This document shows positions 11,766-23,704 of a DNA stretch of 64,000 nucleotides, one piece after another. Position 1 is the first letter of the stretch. Each line of letters begins with the position of its first letter. A model generated the notes under the pieces. The model made no database searches. It saw nothing but the letters and a program-made list of their open reading frames with translations, and was not told the origin of the DNA. A program made the translations under genes and the position numbers. The DNA is from Octopus vulgaris (Eukaryota): assembly GCA_951406725.2 (NCBI GenBank), contig OX597821.1:71920001-71984000 (forward strand). The letters run 5' to 3'.

Positions 11766-13093
11766 AGGCGGCACTTGTCCGCCCCAAATCATTTTTCCCG
11801 GCGTGCTAACGGTTCTGCCAGCTCGCCGCCTTTTTCACCCTATATACAATAAATGACTCAGGGAGATATTCGTATACATAGAATGTCCTTCGACTATGCG
11901 GCAAAAAAAAAAAGACGAGTTGTGCGAAGTAACGCTAATTGGAAAGATGGCAATCCTTTAGGGCTGAGAAAAAAATATTGTAAATATTAGTCGAAAGAGG
12001 AGCTGGAACTAAATTTACGACATCAGACGAATCAGGAGCTGAAAGAAAAGTGACTAACAATAAAATTGGTCAATGCAAAAAGGATAGGTAGTTTGAAAAA
12101 TAGGGAGTTCGTGTGGTGCCTTTTGGGAGGAGAGAAAAGGAAAGGGTAATAATGGAGAGAGGGAGAGAGAGAGTTAGATGAAGGAGGCCACACAGAGAAT
12201 GGACAGCTCGAAAATAAAAAAAGGGAAGAGGTAAACAGATAAAAAGAAGGGAGTGTGGATAGATACATTGAGAGAAAAATAAAAGGGGTGGCAAAATGAA
12301 ATACGAAAGGATGGACAGGTAGATAAGAAAAGGATGGACAGGTAGATAAGTAAAGGATGGACAGGTAGATAAAAGTTTTATTTATAAAGGGACAAAAAAT
12401 GTAAACGTGTGTCACATATCTGAAAGAAATGTTATTCATGCGATTTGAATTCGAGTTATTTGTTTTAGTTAAAAGATTTTATTAATCCTGGTAAAGAAGG
12501 TCTATCATCAATGATGTTCAACCATCGCCTTTCCGAACCTTATCTAAAGTATTTTTTTTAAAGACAACAGAATGTCGATTACGGAACATTTTAAGTGACA
12601 TTCTTTGCATTTTGAGCGATTGTACAGGACCTTCCGCCTTGAATTGATCGTAGTCAACGTCCACTTTGATCAGCTGTGGATTAGAACGTGGGACCTTACG
12701 AGCAAAGAGTCCAATTCGTTATTCATGCGACCTTCTAACTTCCAGCAATACACGAACAGCATCGACGAGATGAAGTTTACGAGTGAAAAACGAATGGAAC
12801 TTTTATAATAGTGTGACTTAGAAAAAAAAAACAAGACAAAAAACAAAAAAAAACAAAATCAAAATAAACCATGTTCCGCTTGTAGACATGTGCATAAATT
12901 CTCCATATGTGTGCACATCGCAATGGGTGTACGTGACTGTTTCAAGGTTATTCTGTCAAACAAATGAGCGCAACGGATGCGCGAAGACAAAGAGCAACAC
13001 AAACACTGTACATGCGTTTTTATGGACTTCCCTCTCTCTCTCTCTCTCACACACACTCTCTCTCTCTCTCTCTCTCTACATACACACACACAC

Positions 13094-13146
<53 letters not shown>

Positions 13147-13413
13147 GTGTATATGTGTGTGTTGTGTGTTTGTGTATGTGTGTGTGTGTGTGTGTGTATA
13201 CACACTCACAAACACATATGCATACAGAAAGACTACAAGAAAGAATCGCAGACATAAATTCGCGCACGCACCTACAATCAGACTTCCATGCGTACAGCGT
13301 GTATGAGTATGTCTGCGAGTGTGTGCGTGTGACTGTGTCTGTGTGTGCGTATAGGGAGAGAGAGACAGAGAGACAGAGAGAGGGAGAGATGGACGTGCAC
13401 ACGCATACAAAAC

Positions 13414-13462
<49 letters not shown>

Positions 13463-13618
13463 CCACGTACACGTGACATCCTGTCTGACATTTTAGAATA
13501 AATATACTTTTACGAGAACAGAATTTTCTTTCTATCAGTGAATAGATAATGTTGCTGTCGTTGTTGCTGTTGTTGTTCAAACTGTCTGTCTGTCTGTCAG
13601 TCTGTCTACTTCTCTATC

Positions 13619-13683
<65 letters not shown>

Positions 13684-13744
13684 GAGTAGTTGAATGAATT
13701 ATCTTATTATGGATAATTCGGTTAACCGATACCTGGGTAGCAAA

Positions 13745-13791
<47 letters not shown>

Positions 13792-13799
13792 TATATATT

Positions 13800-13831
<32 letters not shown>

Positions 13832-14166
13832 TGTATGTATGTATGTATGTGTGCATGTGTGTGTGTGCGTATGTATGTATGTATGTATATCCAGTAGTCG
13901 TTTTCCTACCATTCTAAACGTGGTGATTTCGCATTAGTTTTGCTTTCTTCATTTTGCACTTATTGTTGTTGTTCTTCCCATTGTTGTTGGTGTTGTTGTC
14001 ATTTTTTTCTTTCAACTGCAAATTGCGATAAGTGAAAAGACGTGTAAAGTCTTCCTGCTGTGTGTATTTCTCGAAAGCATCCCAATATAATAGAATTAGC
14101 GAAGCAATACTTTTATGTGCCCCTCTCTGTCTGTCTGTCTGTCTACCTGTCTATCTACCTGTCTGT

Positions 14167-14234
<68 letters not shown>

Positions 14235-14269
14235 TTGTATGTTTGTCTATCTATCTAATATATATATAT

Positions 14270-14462
14270 GATAGATCGTTAGCCACTACAGACATTTTTT
14301 CTCTCCTTGTTTCTCCCCTTGTTTTTTCTGTGACCTTTTATGTAGAAGAGCGTAGGCTCGAAGCGTAAAAGACTTCTTCTATTCCTGAACATCATACTAA
14401 TACATCTGTTTGCTTTCTACACCACCTGTCTTCATCTTTTGATTTTTTTCGTAAAATCTCCC
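14270..14462 (+). mobile_element. Short Penelope-type pLTR-like repeat with degenerate hammerhead (14335-14371)
   Basis: cttt-tATGTAGAA-GAGC(gtag)GCTC-GAA-GCGT-A-aaag; stems I and II intact, core altered. Confidence 0.45.
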
Positions 14463-14680
14463 TATATATATATCATTATAATTCAGATTATCTGAGAGAT
14501 ACCACCACGCTGAAAATAGCAGTCAAAATCTTACTCTAAAGCCACATTAAGTGCTCATACAGCACTAGGAGAGAAGGCAGAGCGACAAAATAAACAAGTA
14601 AAATATTTTGAATAATTATTACCTTGCTGGCCACTTGATAAGGTGGATATTTAAATATCGATCTTATCCTTATATATATA

Positions 14681-15076
14681 CTAGCAGTATCGCCCGGCGT
14701 TGTTCGGGTTTGTAAAGGAAATAACTATATAAGCATTTTTAGGGATGTAAAGTATAATAGCCATCTCAATATGGCTAACCACAAAGGGTGGGTGTTACTG
14801 TAGCTTTTTACGTTCTGAGATTTAATAATAAATTTTTAGAGAGTTATTTCCCTTATATATGCCAAAAATGCATTAAAAATGGGGAAAATTGATGGTAATA
14901 TTTTTTTTAAATCGTAGACTCATCGTAGACGCGCGCTAATACCCAGAAGGGCTCGATATGAATCCCGACTATAAGATACCTGGTTTTGGTTAAACTGCAC
15001 CGCAAAATGTGGGAGTAGTTAGGAATCTAAATCGTAGGAGACAGACAGCACACAACCTCACTTTTATATATAAAGA
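14681..15076 (-). mobile_element. Non-autonomous Helitron
   Basis: Minus strand A|TCTTTATATATAAAAG...CCCGAACAACGCCGGG hairpin...CTAG|T: TC start, CTAG end, subterminal hairpin, AT target, no TSD. Confidence 0.85.
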
Positions 15077-16021
15077 TATATATATAAGAAATAAAAAAAG
15101 TACGCGCACTTACATAGTTTTAATATAATTTTTAATATACCGACCGGTTTCGCCATGTTGTGTTTGATGAAATTCACGAGTGATAAAAAAACACTATAAC
15201 AGGCAAATCAAATGTAGGTTGGCTAAGAGGAATACATGAGCTTGCACGTGATTGTATGTGTAACTGTGAGTGTGTGTGTGTGTGAATATCTGTGTACATG
15301 TGTGAGTGTGAGTAGTACAGTGTAATAGCAGTGATGGCTATGTGTGTATGTGTGTGGGGCAGGATGTTTACTACAAATTTTTAGTCAGACTTAGAATGGT
15401 GACACCTGTGCCATGTGCAGGATCTGCTAAACCAGTGACACCAATGTAGTTGATATTAAATCGATTCTTTTAGATAGAAAAAATAACGGCCCAGGGGAAA
15501 TTTCCAGGGAGAAATGATTGGAAAATGTTTTGTACAGAGTTTGAGGGATAAAATGACTTGGGGATGGACGGAGGAGGGGGTGTTGGAGGAAAAATGTGTT
15601 GAAAGGTTTACATATACATTCATGCATACACATGCATACTTACATACGTGCGTATTCCCCCTACCCCACATAATTATTTGTATAAACAGCTAGGCGCAAA
15701 ATGATATTAAATCATCACTAAGTGTGACAAAGGAAACCGAAGCCCTTACATTACTTGAAATAAGAGTTAAAATATTCTTAATGTTGTAAGAGGAGTAAAT
15801 GTATGCCCACATGCTGACAGGGGAGGTAATCGCTCCATGACAGACTCGACAACCTCCAGACTAGACCTAGTTTCACCTCTACTGAAGGCTCATGATCGGA
15901 TAATTTCATCTGCCAGCATATATGTATTAGCCATAAAAATTTATGGATTATTTAGAGAGATGCAGATGCGTATATTAAAAATTAATATACATCTAGGTGC
16001 AATGCGATACCATAAAGAAAT

Positions 16022-16053
<32 letters not shown>

Positions 16054-16164
16054 TCTTATTTTTCAAGCATTCAAAATGGCGAGACCCCTTTGTCACAAGA
16101 ATTGATTACTTCACAATGTCCCTTGAAAAGCTAATTTAAATAGCGAAAACCAGTTGGACATCAC

Positions 16165-17072
16165 TACATTTCGATTCACTAAAGCGGGTCTTTTTTTCTC
16201 CAAAGCTTGGTTCAAAAGATCTAATTTCTGACTGTAGACTTGAGCATTGCTTGTTGCATTAGGTGGTAACAATTAAAAGTGAATTACTCATTTGCAATCC
16301 CACCAGATAGAGAGAAGAACCTTTTTCCCATGAAGTTCACTTCTCAGTTGTGGTTGAGCGTTTTCCCTTATACAAAGCCGCTGTTTACGACGTTTAACAT
16401 TTCGATAGAAGATCCATTTTTCGTCACCAGTCACAAGTCTATCCAAAAAGGGTGAAATGAGTTCGCGAAAATGGAGATAAGAGCAGATGTCAACTCAGGA
16501 TTTGCGATTGCTTTCGGACAGTTCATGAGACACCCATTTTTCCAAGTTTAGGAACCTTTCCAAGTTGTTGAAGATGACGATGAACAGTTGAATGGTTTGA
16601 ACTAAGCTTTATTGCCAATTCTTCAACTGATAATGCAGGAGTTTCTTCAAGTAATGCCTCATGGAGCTTATCATCAAACTCAACTGTTTGATCTTCAACG
16701 TGCTGTTCGATCTTCATCTTCAAGGCTGAAATCTCCACTTCTGAATTTTGCAAACCATCTTCTGCAAGTTCTTTCATTCAAGCATTCTTTCGCATAAACT
16801 GAATGTATATTTCTAGTCGCTTCGGCTGCAGATTTTCCATTTTTGTACTCATAAAGCATTGTGTGTCTCAAATGCTCTTTGGAAACTTCCATGTTAGAAA
16901 GGGTTTTGATCAAAGAAATTTTAAATCTATTATTCTGTAAAATAATATTCAATTAGTTTGAATGTACACAAATGCATTAAAATAATTTTTAATTCCATTA
17001 GACATTCTAAAATTTATTAAATTTCATTCAATTTAAAAAAAAGGTAAAATCGGACAGAACTTATGAGATAAC

Positions 17073-17078
<6 letters not shown>
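16165..17078 (-). mobile_element. mariner transposon relic (5' TIR and N-terminal/central transposase)
   Basis: MEVSKEHLRHTMLYEY...RRWFAKFRSGDFSLEDE, GKWVSHEL, LVTGDEKWIFY, KKVLLSIWWD motifs; TIR TA-TCAGGTTATCTCATAAGTTCTGTCCG. Confidence 0.92.
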
Positions 17079-17143
<65 letters not shown>

Positions 17144-17144
17144 A

Positions 17145-17640
17145 GAAACCCTTGCTTCGGATTGAGTTGGATGGCGAACAAAGTTGTGGAGTGGAGTGAA
17201 AGCATTTGAAGAAGCCAGGATAACGCAAGTAAGACTCAAAAGGAAGAATTTAACGATCGACAAGGTTGAATGAAAATGACGTTTTTGTGTGCACAGTCCG
17301 TGACAGACTGTGCCTGTCTTTAGCGGGCCCCAAATCTCATCTGCGAACGCATGAAAAACGGACCTCCACCAACTATTCTGACTATATGTCTGTGCACACC
17401 TTTGAATGCAGTGTATGCCAGGTTTTCAAATCCAACGGAGGCCTCAAAAGACATGTTAAGATCTACGAAGAGCAGAACTTATCAGCAAGTATTGGTGGTC
17501 CACATCAGAAGTGCAATCTATGTGGGTGTCTTTTCAGAACATTGTCTGGTTTAAGAAGTCACATCAGACACCACGATGGTGCTAAGGTGTAGGTGCAGGA
17601 GATGGTCAAACTCTGTATAAGGAGTAGACGACCACCATGT
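17145..17640 (+). mobile_element. RTE-like LINE 3' end encoding three C2H2-type zinc fingers
   Basis: WRTKLWSGVKAFEEAR (RTE C-terminus), then CTVR..KSHLRTH, CSVC..LKRHVKIY and CNLC..LRSHIRHH, stop at 17592, short UTR, (GTAT)n tail. Confidence 0.75.
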
Positions 17641-17665
17641 ATGTATATGTATGTATGTATGTATG

Positions 17666-17740
<75 letters not shown>

Positions 17741-17901
17741 AAAAAGATGAACATTGCCATGTAGCATAAGTTTAAATATTGGTTGCAATTGTTTCTGTAC
17801 CATTCTGTATCGAACCATTGTATTAAGTAGATGGAATTCCTGCAGCATTGGTCTTTCTTAAATACCAGTTTTCAAGTGTGGACATGTGTGTGTGTGTGCA
17901 T

Positions 17902-18063
17902 AGACGCAGGTGTGACTAGGGAGTGAGAAGTTTGCTTTCCAGTCACATGGTTCCGGGTACAGTCCCATTGCGTGGCACCTTGGGCAAGTGTTTTCTGCTA
18001 TAACCTAAAGTCAACCAAAGCTCTGTGAGTGAAGTTAGCAGACGGAAACTGATAGAATCCCTC

Positions 18064-18152
<89 letters not shown>

Positions 18153-18370
18153 TGTTTGCATGTGTGTCTGTGTCTCCCCGCCATTGCTTGATAACCGTTG
18201 CTGGTGTGTTTACGCCGCCGTAAGTCGGCAGTTCGGCAAAAGAGATCGATAGAATAAGTACCAGACTTAAGAAAAAGTCCTGGGGTCGATTCATCTGGCT
18301 AAAAAATTTCTTCAAGGCTGTGCCCCAGCATGGCCGCAGTCTAATGACGGAAATAAGTAAAAAAAAAAAG
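17902..18370 (+). mobile_element. SINE family A
   Basis: Family A head, expanded internal (TA)/(TG) tract, gccccagcatggccgcagtc tail. Confidence 0.9.
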
Positions 18371-18379
18371 CTATATACA

Positions 18380-18945
18380 TTGAGCGAGAGGGAGAGAGAG
18401 AGAGAGAGAGGAAAGAAAGAGGAAGAGAGAGAAGGAAACTGAGGGCCAGAGAGATAGAGAGACCGAGAGAATAGAGAGACCGAGAGAGAGAGAGAGAGAG
18501 AGCCGTGGTGAGAAAGAGAAAAGAATATTAGAGGAGATGAGGCGAAGAACAAGAAAGTAAAAGAAGGGGGTTAAGGTCTTGAAGCAGTTGGATATTGGTG
18601 GTGGTGGAGCGAGAACGAAGTAGAGGAGAGGAGGAGGAGGAGAGAAAGAGAGAAAGAACAAAAGAGTGGGGGAGCGAGAGAGAAGGGGGAAAGAGAGAAT
18701 AAGTGACATGGGGAACAAAGTGAGGTGGCGGCAAAAGAAGGTGAAACTAATTGGCGAACGTGCAACAGAGAGGAAGCGTAAAAGAGAGACAGGGGGAGAG
18801 AGGAAGAGGGAGAGAGAGAAAGAGGGAGAGAAAGAGAAGTAGAGATAGAGAAACAGAGAGGGAAAGAGTGAGAGAGGGAGAGAGAGAAAGAGGGAGAGAG
18901 AGAAAGAGGGAGAGAGAGAAAGAGGGAGAGAGAGAGAGAGAGAAA
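18380..18945. repeat. Degenerate GA-rich polypurine tract
   Basis: Direct reading. Confidence 0.85.
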
Positions 18946-19328
18946 GGCGGAGTTACGTTTCTACAAATTCCTGGTTTATTTGTGTGTGGCTGTTTGATAG
19001 TTTGACGCAATAACGAATTAGGAATTACCGTTACGAAGTATTGTTGTTGGTACATACACACTCACATACACACACACAAATACAAATATATATATATATA
19101 TATATATATACAGTGTGTGTGTGTAAGAAGAGGTAAGAAAAAAAGCAAAGAGATAAAGCGGGTAGAAAATGCCGAGATGTGGGATGAAAGGGAAAATGGC
19201 TACATTATAGGTGGGCGTCTGCAAGATTTAGACTTTCTTTAAGTTTACACGGTCGCGCGCGCTCTCATGTATATATAATAGAACGATCATAAAGGCACTC
19301 ATATGCTTATAAATAGACATACAGACTG

Positions 19329-19388
<60 letters not shown>

Positions 19389-19586
19389 GCTCATGTTACA
19401 CAAACATAGATATAATTATACGTACGTGTGTGTATATACGTGTGTATATGCGTGTGTGTATGTGTGTGTGTGTGTGTGGTTGCATGCGTGCAAGCACTGT
19501 GCACGAGGGAAAGAACGGTATAGGAAGAAGCGCATGAGAGAGAGTAGAGAATGAAAGGAAGTGAGCTGCCATCGAAGGGAGAGAGC

Positions 19587-19618
<32 letters not shown>

Positions 19619-20424
19619 TAGCCAGGCAGACTTCTCTTAAATTCGGTTACCAGGCTACTATTGCGTTTTGCAATCTGGTAGAACGATGATACTTCACGGC
19701 TGCTTCTTATTGAGTCGATTCTATCGTGTCATCTTGACTTATGTTTACGCCCGTCCGCTATTCACAGAGATTATATTTCTTGGCGATCAGATCTAATCCG
19801 ATACCCAGTGCGTTGTTGTTGTTGTTGTTGTTGCTGCTGTCCTGACTGAGCAGGTCTATAATCAAAGACGTTCCAGGGCGCGACCATCCGTCTTTTTTTT
19901 TTTTGTATATCCAGGGCTACATTATTAATTATCAGTTGTCGGATATCGGCACGGATCAGCGGTCAGTTTGCTCGCTGAATTTTTAAACGAGGACATCAAA
20001 TCTCGTTCGATTTATTGGCCCGAGATGACGAAAAATAACAATGTCATAACATCGTCCGTCCCAGAGAATCTTGCGCTAACGAATCGAGTTATGAACAGAT
20101 ATTCGCCGAAAAGAAACTGTTTTCTTGTGACGAAACAACAGCGATTAGCAAATTAACGTTCAAATCTGCCGGAACGTATTAAGAATAAGCGTGCATTTCA
20201 TGGTCTTGATTCTTGCTGTTCACCGTGGATATGGCGAGTTATCATCACTACATTATCTTATCTTCTTTAAGACAACAGGATGTGATTTGGGAAGATTTGT
20301 CTGTAAATGATATCAGGTCACCTTGTACAAGCATAGTGTTGTATTCGAAGTGCTTCCTGGTGAGGGAAAAGGAATTAGTTTCACCTAGTTTTAAATAATG
20401 CTTACTTCACCAATCTCACACCAC

Positions 20425-20508
<84 letters not shown>

Positions 20509-20509
20509 C

Positions 20510-20850
20510 ATATATATTAGAGATAAAAACCACTATTATGCAATTCAAATAATGATAGACATAAACCATTCATAAATGGATAGTAAAGAAATACATAAAT
20601 AACAAATAAAATATTTTTATAAAACATATAACTAGATCACAAAAAGTAGAAAATGAATAATCAATATATAATAAGTAAAAAAACCTACGTACGTTTCATG
20701 GCTATAATTAAATTCGAATTACAATTATATTTAAATTTAATCGAAATGAATTCAATTTAAAATTATAGTCAATTTTCAGGTTAACAATAATAGTTAAATA
20801 AATAAGCAAATAGAGTTAAATAATATTTATTAAAAAATAAATAAAATATA
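20510..20850 (-). mobile_element. AT-rich pLTR-like repeat with long-stem-II hammerhead-like motif (20682-20782)
   Basis: AACC-TGAAAA-t-TGACTATAATT...AATTATAGCCA-t-GAA-ACGTACGT-A-GGTT; core appears one nt short. Confidence 0.5.
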
Positions 20851-22954
20851 TATATATATTAAAGAGGAATGACTATCAAAATACATTACGCAGGATATAT
20901 CGTAAGCAATTCAAAATTATTTACGAATATATCAGTGGCCAGAACACGCAAAAAACTTTTTCTTAAAGAAGAGTGTATAATTGTGAATAAATCACAATTA
21001 TAGCGGAGAAAGGTTACCCCCTCCCCTTACATGCCTAGAAATAGCAGTCAAAACCCATAAGGCCCCTACAACCACTCATATTATATCTCCTCAACTATAA
21101 AAGCTGTTGGCGAGTGATATGACATAGAAATTCTAAATTTAAATAAATGGTTATTCATCTATTGCAATTTCGAAGTTAGGAACCAAAAGCAGATCCATTC
21201 TTCGCATTCCTGTGCATAGAATTTAAGACAAAAAACATACCTTGGTGCTTAACATGTGTCTCGACCGGCAAGAATAATGTTTGAACGTCTATCTGCACAA
21301 TTCAAATTCTGAATTCAAAATGTTCGAAGTTAAAACTTAAACGTGTAACAATGCATCTTAACGAAATTTCCCGCGTTCTGCTAATTCTGCAATCAACGGT
21401 TCTAATAATAATGATTTTTTTATTTTACCACAGAAACAAACAATTGGGACCAATCAGTGGGGCAACTTGAACTAACAAGATAACCTAACAGTAGTGGGAA
21501 ATTGAGTGTCGAATGATCCCCATTCTTTGAAGAGTTAACCCCCAATTACTGTTGGTACTAATTTTCAGCTGATAGTGGTGCAACGCGGAATGAAGTGCTT
21601 TACTGAAGGACAGAACGTAGTTCACGATGGCAATCGAACGAATGGATTTAAAATCGAAAAATACACCGCCGATAGTTGTGGTTGACAAACAACGGTAGTA
21701 ACTTTATTCAGCTGAATACAGGTCATTGATTGGTTGAAATTACCGAAATACGAGAACTTTAATGTGAAATAACTTCCGAAATATAAGAGTAAAAATGCTA
21801 AGAGTAAAAGATGTTTTATATGACACATTCTACCAGTGTCTGAAGTTTGAAAGTGTTTAGTTACAAAAAGTTATTTTTAAAATCTGTCGGTCAAAAGGTA
21901 AAGATCCACAACGAGCCTTCGATGAGAAATTTTGAGAATTGGGGTCAAATCAAAAGAATATTCTGTAAGATGTTATTGATTCTTGTTTTATCAACCATTA
22001 CTAGTTAAAAAATCAAGACCAACCTCTAAAATTTCTTTAGCAATAATAATGACATGGTTTTACGCGTGTTAACCATTGGTAGAGGTTTATTTCCTGAACA
22101 TTTGAAATAATCGCCACCTAGGGGACACTCGTCACTCCCTAGCCCCTATTCCTTCCCCTTCTATATCCACAAACAGACATACTCACACAAACAAACATGT
22201 CTTTCTTTCCATCCGAGTCTTCAGACCGTTTCTCTGGTGATGAGGGCCGGGGAGCAAAGGAAAAACATAACAACTGAAAAAAAAATCAAATCAGAAAGAT
22301 AAAGAACAAAACGACAGCAATTGCGCAGCGACCGGAGTGTTAGGTCCACAACAACATCAAATACACCATCACTACCACCACCTCTACTAACGGTGAGAGT
22401 CGATTTCACTTAGAAATCGGCTGAGAGAAAGCTATCTCTGAAATATGTGGAAGAGGTGGCAAACATCCACATCGCATGAGTCATCTTCTTCCTCCTAATT
22501 GTCATGTTTCTGTCCATTTCATGTATGAACAAACTGGAGAATTTTCACTTTCGTTTTCTGTGGCGGGTACGCAGTCCATTGGTCACTCGCTTTTGGTCAC
22601 TTCTCAAATATCCGATGAGTGGGCGTTCTGTGACGCACAGGTATACACTGAGGCCGCAGTATTTCCTTGATGGTAAAATGGTGTGATTATTGCTTGTCAT
22701 ACACATTCCCCCCTGTTCTCCTTTTGATAGAGGTGTAGTCCTGGGTCAAGCAAAGACCAAGATAGGAAGCTTGGCATCTAGAATGTCATTAGACGTGCGC
22801 AACCCTCTGCCAGTCAGACAATGTGGTCGATGGAAATTTTACATTAGAGTTTTATCGAGTTATTTCGATCTGTACCGAACTTGGCTTTCCTTTTTGAGGG
22901 CCCTTAGTGGTTAATAAAGAAAACGTCATCATCATCGTCGTCGTCGTAATCATC

Positions 22955-23007
<53 letters not shown>

Positions 23008-23059
23008 CATTATTATTATCATTATCATCATCATCATCATCATCGTCATCATCATCATT

Positions 23060-23600
23060 AAGTGAGAGAGCAGTGCATGCCCTCAAAGTGACATTTGGGT
23101 AAAATATACGAAGCCCAGTATACCCATCATGGCTACCTGTCTGATAAGGGTACACCCGGCACATGCATCACAACCATATGTGTGTGACATGGTGATCTCA
23201 TATTAAGATTAACAACGCATGACATTGCAGGTGGGGCCCAGTTACAATTTTCTTCAGGTCGAATAGACCTTCCCGCTCAGAAGGTCTCTGAATAAGGGTT
23301 GCTTAAGTATGTTGAACGAACCACCCATGTTTCCAGAGGTGAATTATTCAAACCCCAATGAATCCCTCTCAACATATGGCTATGATGCTCCCCCACTACT
23401 TCTGCTCATGATCAGAGATGCACATATTGTCAGCCACTAAGGGACATGGTCAACTGGTTAAGGTCAAACAAGTGACAAGCAAATCTGTGGTATTGAGCAG
23501 AATATTTGCTGTAGCCCATCTTTTATACCAAGACAAAACAATGTACATGATAACACTTCCAATCAGTTAAGATGAGAAGCCATGAGAGTCACTGCCTAGC
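23060..23600 (-). mobile_element. Repeat family D (probable LINE 3' region) embedded in (ATT)n/(ATC)n
   Basis: Matches 9428-9740; both flanks are ATT-type trinucleotide arrays; strand inferred. Confidence 0.75.
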
Positions 23601-23621
23601 ATCTATTATTATTACTATTAC

Positions 23622-23704
<83 letters not shown>

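Larger units (their letters stand above)
10845..11835 (-). mobile_element. SINE family B split by a (GAA)n tract and an L1/Tx1 fragment
   Basis: Tail-like piece at 10845-10907 and head at about 11785-11835 match the family B copy at 62320-62720. Confidence 0.6.

Noticed and set aside
15135-15240. GAAACCGGTC hammerhead 3' half on the minus strand
   Set aside because: No recognisable CUGANGA core upstream; at best a decayed relic
17266-17592. Host zinc-finger gene exon
   Set aside because: Contiguous with an RTE C-terminus and tail, has mutated ligands, and lacks TGEKP linkers
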